A stretch of DNA of 64,000 nt from Takakia lepidozioides. Taxonomy: Eukaryota > Plantae > Bryophyta. The notes under the pieces are model-generated. The model was not told where the DNA came from, did no database searches, and saw nothing but the letters and a program-made list of their open reading frames with translations. The position numbers and the translations under genes were made by a program. Below, one piece after another: positions 24,874 through 35,100 of the stretch (positions are counted from its first letter, which is position 1; each line of letters begins with the position of its first letter). The DNA lies in the NCBI GenBank assembly GCA_030704615.1, contig CM060733.1, forward strand, positions 59,086,001 to 59,150,000, written 5' to 3'.

Positions 24874-26916
24874 TTAAGAAGAAGGGATATTGCGTTGCAA
24901 GCCCACCCCTTTTTCCAAGTCTTGCCAAGAATCAAGTGGGCTGACAGAGTTTAACCGAGTCCTCTCTTTCCCTGCCAACCACTGCCCTGTCCACTGGTAA
25001 AGGGCACTACTCTGGTCCTGTTGGGATTCCGGATTATGATTCATATTTGCGTTTAAGAGGTCCTCTGTACTGCTAGCTAACAATTGTGCTCTTCCATCAG
25101 ATGTCGATCTCCGTCCCAAAAATGGCCCACGCAGACTTGACAAGTTCCATCTTTCTGGTTTGGTTCGGTTGTCCACTCCAGGTATTTTGTATTCTGAGTC
25201 ATTCAAGGTTTTGTCTTTGTCTACCAGGCCCCCTCTTTCTCTTGGAGGCCGAGGTATTGGAATACGGGGCTGAAAGTATGAGATCGTATTGGGAGTCTCT
25301 GGGTCAAGATCTATGGTGTCCCATTGCTCTCCCTCTCTGGCCCATGGTGATCCCGTTAGCTGCTCCCCATCCTGACAATTTGTGCTCTCAAGACTAGTGT
25401 ACTTGTTCTGACCTCCCTGTCGTAACACAATCCCAGAGCAGCTTTCAGTACGACGCAATGATCGGTGGCTTGAAGGTGGCCCGATATCGACTCCCACCCG
25501 AGCGGCCCCCAATGCTTGCAGAGATTCAGAGATGGTGTTGTAACAGTCTTCAGAGTATGTGCTTGGAACTCGTAAGGAGCTGGATCTTCGAATGGGCATT
25601 GCAACGAAATTCAGATTGGGCGTTCTTCTCTTCTTGGAGCTCAGGTGTTTATTGGAGGATGGAGATTTGTCTATACTGGCTGCCAGCCTCTCCCACACTT
25701 CAACCGCCCCTTTTCTGAAAGAATTAGAGTTTCGAGAGAGGAATAACCTTGCACTGTGATTTCTTGAGATCTTCGGCCTTGTTTCGCTGCTGCTTTCTGG
25801 CGAAGTAGCCAACAGATTCAAGTTAGAAAACCTGTTGAATTAAAGTCTACATGTTGGCGTTTCCTGTCATTTAAGCCCTCCCAAAGGACCGGCAGACTCA
25901 CACATCTTGGTAATGTTCAAGCAGGGACTTGGGACCGGCTTGGGCAGGAGCGAGAGGACAAGGGGATTCTACAGGAAGAGAAACGTAGGAAGGGCAAGTC
26001 TAAAGAGAAACCCGACACTACATGAGCCGCTGGAGGACTGAGTCTTTTCCTTATGCATCTAGAGACTTGCCAGAGTACTGCAGTGGATAGCAGAATCAAC
26101 AACTGTTCGATGCGGAAAGCAAGAGCAAATTTAGTTCGTTTCCATCCATAAAACTGACCAATAATTTCTATCAGCAGCTGAAGACATTAAAGCAAGTCGT
26201 GAAATTTTGGAAGAACTTCTACTACCTTCAGTGATTGCATCGCTTGCAGCTCCCACCAAAGCTTGTTCATCCAGCGGCAGATCAGACCTGGGATGGTGAA
26301 GAGGTGTTCCAATTGGGCCGTCCTCAACTGCCAAAACCACCTCATGCCGCGAGGCAAGTCTAGCTTCTGCGTCAGCATCAAGTATCCTTCTAGAAACATC
26401 CCCAATTGCTGGAGACCCGCCAGCAATCGGTCCAGCAAGATGGGGAAGAAGAGGATCTCGACACAGAGGACAGGTGGCGTGTGAGAGGAACCACGTATCA
26501 ATGCAATCCATATGGAAAACATGGCTGCATTTCGGTAGCAACCGCAATTTATCGTCTTCCACAAAATCACCCAAGCACACTGCGCATTCCCTATCCTCCT
26601 TCCCCTCCTTCATATTCTTGACAACCGCATAGCTCACCACAGGAAGCGCATCAACGACCGCTTTGTCCAACCCCTCCTCACCATTTCCCTGCTCTTCCGA
26701 CCCCGCAGACCTTCCCGCGCTTGGAACTGCCGAGTCAACTCCTACAATCCATCGCATTAGATACACTACAAAGTAACTAAAACAAATCGCACAAATGAAG
26801 GCTGCAATCAGGATGTTTGCACTGGGACTAGTCGAGTGGCTCTTGGGCGGTTGGTATACGACATAGACTGTTGCATTCTCAGCTTTACTCACTTGCTCCA
26901 TTGAAACTTCGCTCAT
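24874..26916 (-). CDS. ATL-family RING-H2 E3 ubiquitin ligase, copy 2; exons 26226-26916 and 24874-25796
   Basis: TM helix (ILIAAFICAICFSYFVVYL), GLDKAVVDALP, CAVCLGDFVEDDKLRLLPKCSHVFHMDCIDTWFLSHATCPLCR; same phase-1 intron position as copy 1 (GAAG|gtagta...gccag|AA). Confidence 0.9.
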
Positions 26917-27244
26917 CGTCTCAAAATTCAATGCACTCCCTGCAGGCTCGCTCCACCCATCCCCCTTCCACAAAACTGACACTTCTCCAATCTTCTTCCA
27001 CTCTTAACCTCCCTTCCACACCTCTCTGAAAGGACCCAACACAACTGACTCTTCTCCGACCTTCTTCCCCTCTTCACCTCCCTTGCAGAGCTCGTGGCGA
27101 TGGCTGCGCTATAAAGCACCTCCCGCAAGGCAGCCTTCCTTCCCAGCTCCCGCACTGGAAGCTCGTTGCGAAGCTCGAGCTACTGTCCAAACCAGGCTGT
27201 GGATGGATGTTCATGGATGATGTCATCCACAGACTCATCTTAAC

Positions 27245-27630
27245 TTACAGAAGAATATTTCTGTTTTCTATTTCTAGTTTTGTTTTTCTGATATTTTCTA
27301 TTTAGTTTCTTAAATCTCAAATTTCAGACAACATAAAAGCAAAAAACATTTCACAGGGTTTATAGGATAAGATCAGCTAATTAAACTAAACCAATGGGAT
27401 AGATTTTAAGATTATTATTATTATTGTTGGGAAGATGCCCTGGGAAAAAATAAACCCCCTAATTAGGGTCATAAGTCAAAAAGCAAACATACACCATCAG
27501 AATCAAAATTATTATCTGATAAAAGTTTTAGGTTACATTACTATAATTTCCGAATTACAGAAAAAGGAATTTCCGTCAGGGCACCGCCCCTGTTCAGCTA
27601 AAAATAAATAAATAAAAATAAAAAATAAAA
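27245..27630 (+). mobile_element. AT-rich insertion upstream of ATL copy 2, probably a LINE 3' end
   Basis: Not present at the equivalent position upstream of copy 1; ends in CAGGGCACCGCCCC followed by an A-rich tail (27600-27630), like other LINE ends here. Confidence 0.5.
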
Positions 27631-28193
27631 TTTGTGGAAATTTAAACATCATCTACAGTTTTGGTATCGTCGGGGAGGACTGTTCCACGTTCATCCAGAA
27701 CATCGTACGACTTAGTTCGTCAGCAGCCAGATGTCGCGCAAAGGCCGGGTCGCTCCAAGTGTTCTGCCACGTGTTGGAAAATAGTCAGCTGGCCGGAAGG
27801 AACGCGTGGGGCTTCCGACCGGGCAATTTGCAGGGCGGGCCCACCTTGCGTTTCGACGGGCATAGTGTCCTCTACCACCTCACGCTAAAGTCCAAAAAGA
27901 GCACCAGTTCTGACTTTTGGGAAACGGAGAAGCCGCCCACACAGACACGTTGAGCGTTAGGCTAACCGAGTCTCCTCCTCCCGAACTGCGTCTTCGTCGT
28001 CCCTCGTCCCCCAAGTTCTTGTCTAGGACGGTTTTTTTTTCTCTTTTTTTCTCTTAAGTCAATTTTCAAGTGCATTGAAGGGCCCTTCTTCTGTAGTTGT
28101 CTTTTAAACTCTTCCAGATAATATAAAAATTTGTTCCAATGCACTAACCTTAAATATAAGGACCCAGGGACCATTTGGGGTTTTGATGAACCC

Positions 28194-29912
28194 TTTTTTT
28201 TTTTTTTTTTTTTGGTAACATGGGGGATGGAGCCCTGAAAATTTATTAAGAGGTTGGTAAGGAAAAAATAACCTTATAAAAAGCCATAAGGCAGATTACA
28301 GAGGTAGCACTCCAAACCAACATGTCAGATATCAAGGGAGATGAATCTAGCCTCAGCTGGAAGTAAATTCCTAACTAAGGAAATTAGAGAGGAGGTGAAG
28401 AGAAAGGAGAAGAAGAACTATGAAAACAGGACCATTTGTCCCATATGGGAAGGCAAGAGAAGTAGGATACTAGTTGACTTCAAAAACCACCTACATACTA
28501 CCCCTTTTTCTTTTGGGCCCATCAAACGAAAGCTGTAGCTTTGACTTTGCCTTCCTAGAGCCACTACACTTGTGTCTCCAATTTATTTCTGCGTCTTCGT
28601 GCTCCAAGGAAGTCTATTTAGTACTAGTTGAGCTTCCAACAGGCAGGGGGGGAGTCTTCCCACACAATCCTAGAGTCATCAATTCTCCTGCAGAACACGA
28701 AATCTTTTCCCCAGGATTTGTTGAAGGCGGCAAAGAGTTGAGGTCTTCGACTGCTGTGACACTTGGAAAGAGCTGCAACCAAAACAGACCAAGCTTTGCG
28801 AGCCTCAGACTTAAGATCTAAGTGAGCCAAAAAAAAAACTTTGTTCAAACTCGGTGTCGCGGCCCTTTGCCTTGAGGGCAGGGGGTCGGGACACAAGAGG
28901 GGCTGCCCCTGTGGTGGGGGCAGTGGCAGCGATAGGTATGGGGGGCTGAAGCACCCTTGAGTGTCCAAGGCACTCAAGGAGGCGGAGGCGCTCACTAGGT
29001 GGAGCCCCGCACACCGGGTTGCGGTGGGGGTGGCTCCACAAGGGGTGGTGGTAGCTTAGCGGGACTTAGTGGGAGTGGCATAGGACTCACCCTGGGGCGG
29101 AGACCTCGTGGTGGGAGTCGTGGGGAGTCTTGGGACTCATCACGGTCCATAGGGGCCGTGGTGGGTGGGCCAAGACTCACCGCGACTCATCACCGGGAGT
29201 CGAGGGTGTTCGTGGTGGTTCGCCATAAAATGGCATGGTTGTTTGTGAAACCCCCGCGGACAGCTACAGAAGTATATATAGGGAGTAGTAACCCCGAGAA
29301 CGGTGCAAGCCCGTTGGTGACCAAAAGCTAGTGAGTAAGCGAGCGAGCCGGAAAGCGACCAAAGAGTGGGGAGCTATTCCGGACTGCCAACTACCAAAGG
29401 GAATTCCGCTGGTTCCAAATCGTTGGAGGGTTCTTTGAGAGATCAAGGGGGGACCGTTATGTCCCGGTGAGCAGCCGAAGCTCCAAGTTGGCCCGGCGGC
29501 CAGGTTGGGAGTTAGGCGCGCGCATCAAGCGAGTAACTATGACTTGAGGGGGGAGCTTACCGAAGTGAGGTGCGCGACACTCGGCCTCTCTTTTTGATAC
29601 ATCACACAACATCTCATTTTCCAAATCTGCCACAATATGATACTTCTCAGTGACTCCGAAACAGGGCAAGAACAATGAATTCTGCCATTCTTGACATTGA
29701 GAAGCAAGATTGAAGGAGATGAGTCCAAGTTAGAAGACCAGAAAGAGTACAGATGAAGGGCCTTTTCCGAAACAGCATGGGCGAATGGGCAAAGCACTAA
29801 GGCATGTTCCAAATTTTCTTCTGCAGCCAGACTACAAGAGACACAGTTCAAGGATGAATCTTCAAAGTTTGCCACCACAGGCAAGATCTTATTGACCACC
29901 TTCCATAGGAAA
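28194..29912 (-). mobile_element. L1-type LINE 3' fragment (zf-RVT, 3'UTR, poly(A)) split by a solo LTR
   Basis: [15 protein letters not shown]...[25 protein letters not shown][solo LTR]SLNKVFFLAHLDLKSEARKAW; T-run of ~20 nt at 28194-28213; related to the LINE at 4792-8615. Confidence 0.88.
28855..29579 (+). mobile_element. Solo LTR (725 bp) of the chromovirus family, with a 5-bp TSD
   Basis: TGTCGCG...CGCGACA termini, flanked by CTCGG on both sides (28850-28854, 29580-29584); reverse complement of LTR 37034-37757. Confidence 0.95.
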
Positions 29913-31511
29913 AAAAGGTCGTCGATCCTTGGCAAAGGGTACCGGTTTTTTATAGTCACCTTATTCAAAGCCCTGTAATCAATACACATCCGCAGCGTCC
30001 CATCCTTCTTGTCTGCGAATAGCACCGGGGCTCCGTAAGGTGACTTACTCGGCCGGATGTACCCCTTTGACATTAGATCTATGAGCTGAGTCTTTAGCTC
30101 GACCAACTCTCTGTGGCTCAACCGGTAGGGCGCCTTGGCAGGCGGTTCCGATCCCGGTATCACCTCAATCTTGTGGTCAACTCCTCTTCGCGGTGGCAAG
30201 CCGCTTGGTAAATCCTCCGGCATCACATCCTGGTATTTCTCCAAAATCCCCTTGATCCAATCTGGGCTCGGCTCCCCATCGCCTTCTCCCTTCACTTCTC
30301 TAATATAGAGCAAAAACTGGGGCTCGTGTGCCTCCTCCACGGCCCACTCCCTTGCTGACAGGAGGTTTATTCGCCCTCCCACGGGTTTGGGCGTTTCTGA
30401 CACTCGTAAGACCTCGCCACCATTCCCACATGGCAGCGTGAATACTCTCTTGCGGCCATCTATGACCGCTCCGGATTTGCTCAAAAATGTCATCCCCAAA
30501 ATGAGATCCACTCCATCGATCTCGCAGATGGTGAAGTTCTCACGTCCCTCCCAACTCCCCAGTTGAAGAGGCACATCAAACGCCAACCTTGTCGCCAATT
30601 GCGGTTCTCCTTTGGCAGAACACACCTCAATAGAGGCCCCCACGTCACTTGTCGGGAGTCCCAGCTTTTGTGCTGTTGCCGGTGTCATGAAGGAGTGCGA
30701 TGCTCCTGTGTCCACCAACAACGACACGTTAGTTCCGGATATTATCCCATCCACGAACAATAACTGACTCCCTTTACGTAAGGCGTCAGTTTCCTGATAC
30801 AACTCACAAGAAAATTTGCCTACCTTGCAAGTCCTGGCGACCACCGCTTCCACCAAGCGACTGATGGTATCTTCCGACAGCTCTATGGTCGCCCGAGTCA
30901 TGTTCAATTGTCGGGGCTTCGTGCACTTCTTGGCGATGTGCCCGGGCTCCCCGCAATTGAAACACACTCCATCAAAGGTCGCCTTCTGTCCGCCATAAGC
31001 TGCTCCACCCGCTTTTCTTTTCGAAGCACCGGGTGCCGCCTTGACTTGTGAAGGCCCTCCCTTCGATTTCCACGTGCCATTGTCGCCGTGTGGCCTATCC
31101 CACTTCTTTTCCGGTCGGAAGGAGTCACTTTCCCGCTGGGTCTTCTTGTGGTTCAGCTCCGTACGGCCTTGTCTTTCACCCTTAGGGACATCCGAGAAAC
31201 ATTCAGCCCTCTCAATTGCCTCGTTCAAAGTCTTAGGTGGCTTCTCCTCCAACTTCCGCTTGGCCCATGGGGCCAGTCCCGCGTTGAAGACCATTTATGG
31301 TTCTGCCATGTCCGCGACTTCGAGCAACAACACATTGAAAGCCTGGACATATCCCCGAATGTCATCTGTTTGCTTCAAATTCCTCATCTTGTCCCAGGCG
31401 AGCCAGGACACGTTGAGGGGCACAAACTGCCTGGCTTGGACGTCGGTCGTGAAGGCGTTTCTGCCACCATTGTTGAGCATAGCCCCTCAAATAGGTGGGA
31501 GCCAATTCCAC
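29913..31511 (-). mobile_element. Partial duplicate of gypsy gag-protease-RT N-terminus
   Basis: Near-identical to ~34910-36551; zinc knuckle [14 protein letters not shown], protease [10 protein letters not shown] start [12 protein letters not shown]; part of the 585-aa ORF 29537-31294. Confidence 0.93.
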
Positions 31512-32180
31512 ACACCCCTACCAACAGGGAGTCGAGTCCTCATCGGCTTGTCCATTTTGTGGAAACGAACATCCAAGTTGTGGCGTCCCACATCAAGGAG
31601 TTTGTTTCCGTACCATGGCGTCCCATGGCAAAGAACCAAACCCCACACTTGACTCTACTCTCCACTAGCTAGTCCGGCCGACTTCCTCCAAGTCCCGGCC
31701 AAGGGTGGAGCCTTTCAAGCTCCTCCCAGTGCACTCTTCTTGGCCTACTTCAAGGCCAAGGAACGATCCTCCCCGAGGATCGAATCGCCTTACAGCAACA
31801 ACATTGCTTGCGACCGCTCATGATGCCGCTTTTGGCATCACCTCGAGCAAGGGTTCACCTTGAACCCTCTTTGACTAGGAAGATAACCTTGAACCAACCG
31901 CGCGCCCCAATCACTACAATTGGGTCCGCTTTGGAATGCTGGCTTGAGGTACGAGAACACGCCGAAGCCGCACTACGACTTTGTCCCGAGGCTACACGAT
32001 TATAGTCAGTGAATGGAAGCGCGTAGCTTCCGCGTTTAGCCCACACTACAAAACAACCTCCTCGGTAGCGCAGTTATAGTATGCGCACGCGCCAGGTGCG
32101 CACTAGCACGTGAACTCCTAAAGAAGGCGCAAGTTTCCTTGCCCCTTGGATGGGAGTCACCCGATTTCGGCACTGCGCAA
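31512..32180 (-). ncRNA. Putative highly structured cis-RNA domain in the retrotransposon 3'UTR
   Basis: More than 12 hairpins read directly from the sequence, with nested closing helices (see findings); no credible ORF. Confidence 0.6.
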
Positions 32181-35100
32181 ACACACGATTAACCCAATTT
32201 ACCTCTCCCACTTTTGTAAGCTAGCATGCATTCTACACACTAGCCAACACACCATGCATCGCCATTCCAAACAAAATAGGACGCACAACATTTGGAACCC
32301 ATTTCTTTTATAACAAATTTTTGTACAATACAAGTTTTTGCAATCGGATTCCTCAACTAGCTAAGCCGGGCTAAGCATGCATTTCCTCCCCCATGCTCCA
32401 AGGTTGATGTCCCCATCAACGCTTCTTCCGCTTTTGAGGTCGCCCTTCGAAAACTGCAACCGCCTCGGATGCGTTTCCCATTTCTGAGGCACGCACCCAA
32501 GATGCCTCCATATGATGATAGCCCTTCCATTTGACGAGATACTCCGTTTCTCGGTTCTTGAACCTCCTTGACTTAAGTACTGCCTCCACCTCGTACTCAG
32601 GTTCATTTTCATGATCCAACAGCAGAGGTGGCGGACGCAACACTTGATGCCGATTCGGACGCGCTTCATCTTTGAAGTAAGGCTTCAAAAGGGAGACGTG
32701 GAATATCGGATGCACCTTGTTGTTTGCCGGTAGCTCCAATTCATACACATCCTCATTCATAACCTTCCGGATGCGAAAGGGTCCCGCATACGGAGGTATG
32801 AACTTTGGACTCACTTCCGGAGGTAGTCGGAAATTCTTGATGTTCAACCAGACCTTTGTGCCTGCCTCAAACTTCACTTCCCTCCGCTTCCGATTCGCCT
32901 GCCTTTCATACCGTTTCCTAGCTTTGGCAATGTTGTACTTTGCGAGCTTCAACAAACGCTCGCGTTCTTCCAGTACCGCCGCTACTGCCGGTTCCTCAAC
33001 GTCCTGGGCGGCCCAACTTGTCGGCACCAGAGGTGCTTTTCCATAGACCAATACGAAAGGGGAAACTCCCAATGCGGAGTGTTATGTGTTATTATAACAG
33101 AACTCTGCCGCGTCTAAGTGTTCCACCCAGTTTGTTTGGTCTGCCGACACGTAATTCCGCAAGATCTGCTTCACTACGAAATTCACTCTTTCCGTTTGGC
33201 CGTCGGTCGTAGGTCGGAAGGCGGTGCTCATCTTCAGCCTCGTCCCCATCTTCTTCCAAAGTGCCCTCCAAAATTTACTCGTAAACTTTGGATCGCGGTC
33301 CGAGACAATATCCTTCGGGACTCCATGATGCTTTAAGACGTGGGCAAAGTAAAGTCGCTCTGTTTCCTGTGCCGTTGCCGTCTCCTTGGTGGGGATGAAA
33401 TCGCCCATTTTACTGAACCTATCCACCACCACCATGATTGCATCGAATCCTTTTGACATCGGCATAGCAGTCATGAAATCCATCGAGACGCTTTCCCAAG
33501 TCCCCTCTGGAATCGGCAAGGGTTGTAACAGCCCCGCTTGCTTTTTGTACTCGCTCCGATTTTGTTGGCATGTGGTGCATGTCTTGACATACTCCTCTGC
33601 CTCCTCCCTCAGTTTGGGCCAGAAATACTCTTTCTTCAAGAGTGTCGCAGTGCGCTTGGCTCCGCCGTGGCCCGCAAGCGGGCTATCATGGCATTCTCTC
33701 AAGAGGCTATCTCTGATCCCTCCCTTCGGCATGTAGAGACGCTTTTGCTTATACCGGAGCAGTCCATTTTGCAAGTGGAACTGCGATTTAACCCCCATCC
33801 TCAAGTCCTGCATCACGGACTTCGCCAGCTCATCCTTCCGGCAAGCCTTCCGGATCTTCCTTTGGAGCGCCGTCTCGCCCCTCTACACCAACAAAAGTTG
33901 TTGCTTTCTACTTAAGGCATCGGCCACCACGTTGTCCCGTCCCGGTTTGTACTGGATATCCACGTCGAACACCGCCAAAGTATCTTGCCACCTAAGTTGT
34001 TTTGGGGACAACTTGGGCTGCGTGGCAAAATACTTCACCGTGACATTGTCCGTGAACACCTTCACTGGGTTGGAACCAACATAGTGGCGCCAAAGCTCAA
34101 GACAGTGCACCACCGCCTTCATTTCTTTCTCGTGCGTCGGCCACCGTCGCTCCACTTTATTCAGTTTCTTACTTTCGTAAGTCACTGGGCGTCCATCTTG
34201 CATCAGTACACCCCCCATCTCGTAGTCTGACGCATCTGTATGAATCTCGAACGGACGATCGAACTCCGGGATTTTCAAGACTGGAGCTTCCGCCATCCGC
34301 TGCTTCAATTCAGCAAAAGCTTGGCCACAAAAGGTGTTCCATGCCCAGACTTTGGATTTACACAGAAGGTCTTACAGCGGCCCCGCGATCTTGGCAAAAT
34401 TTCTCACATACTTCCGGTAGTAGGAGGCAAGTCCTAGGAAGGATCGCACTCCCGGGACCGAAGTCGGAGGCTCCCAGTCCAAGATTGCCCTCACCTTCCT
34501 GTCATCCATTCTGATTCCATCTTGTGTAATCACATGCCCCAGGAACTCCACTTTTGTGACCCCGAATTCGCACTTTGAAGCTTTGGCATACAGCTTCCCT
34601 TCCCGCAATTTCTGGAACACCCTTTTGAGGTGCTCTAGGTGCTCCTCCTTTGTTTTCGAATACACCAAGATGTCGTCGATGTACACGATCACAAAGTCAT
34701 CCAACCACTCCTGGAAAAGGCTGTTCATCAGCGTGCTAAAGGTCGCGGGAGCGTTAGTGAGTCCAAAATGCATCACCAAGAACTCATATGAACCATACCT
34801 TGTCATGCACGCGGTCTTCTCCTCATCTCCTTCCGCCACTCGAATTTGATGATAGCCGGAGCGCAGATCGATCCGGCTGAAATACTTCGCTCCTGCCAAC
34901 CGATCGAAAATGTTGTCGATCCTTGGCAAAGGGTACCGGTTTTTTATAGTCACCTTAGTCAAAGCCCTGTAATCGACACACATCCGTAGCGTCCCATCCT
35001 TCTTGTCTGCGAATAGCACCGGGGCTCCGTAAGGTGACTTACTCGGCCGGATGTACCCCTTTGACATTAGATCTTTGAGCTGAGTCTTCAGCTCGACCAA

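Noticed and set aside
28995-29446. Small ORFs within the LTRs (also 37167-37787)
   Set aside because: Low-complexity GC-rich LTR sequence, mostly non-ATG starts, not preserved in the third LTR copy
31584-31596. snRNA USE-like motif GTCCCACATC
   Set aside because: No TATA box at the expected spacing; it is the complement of a stem in the structured 3'UTR
31512-32415. Group I or group II intron identity for the structured 3'UTR
   Set aside because: TTCACTGACTA resembles a group I R element, but I found no convincing P/Q/S elements or P8, and no group II domain V; left unassigned
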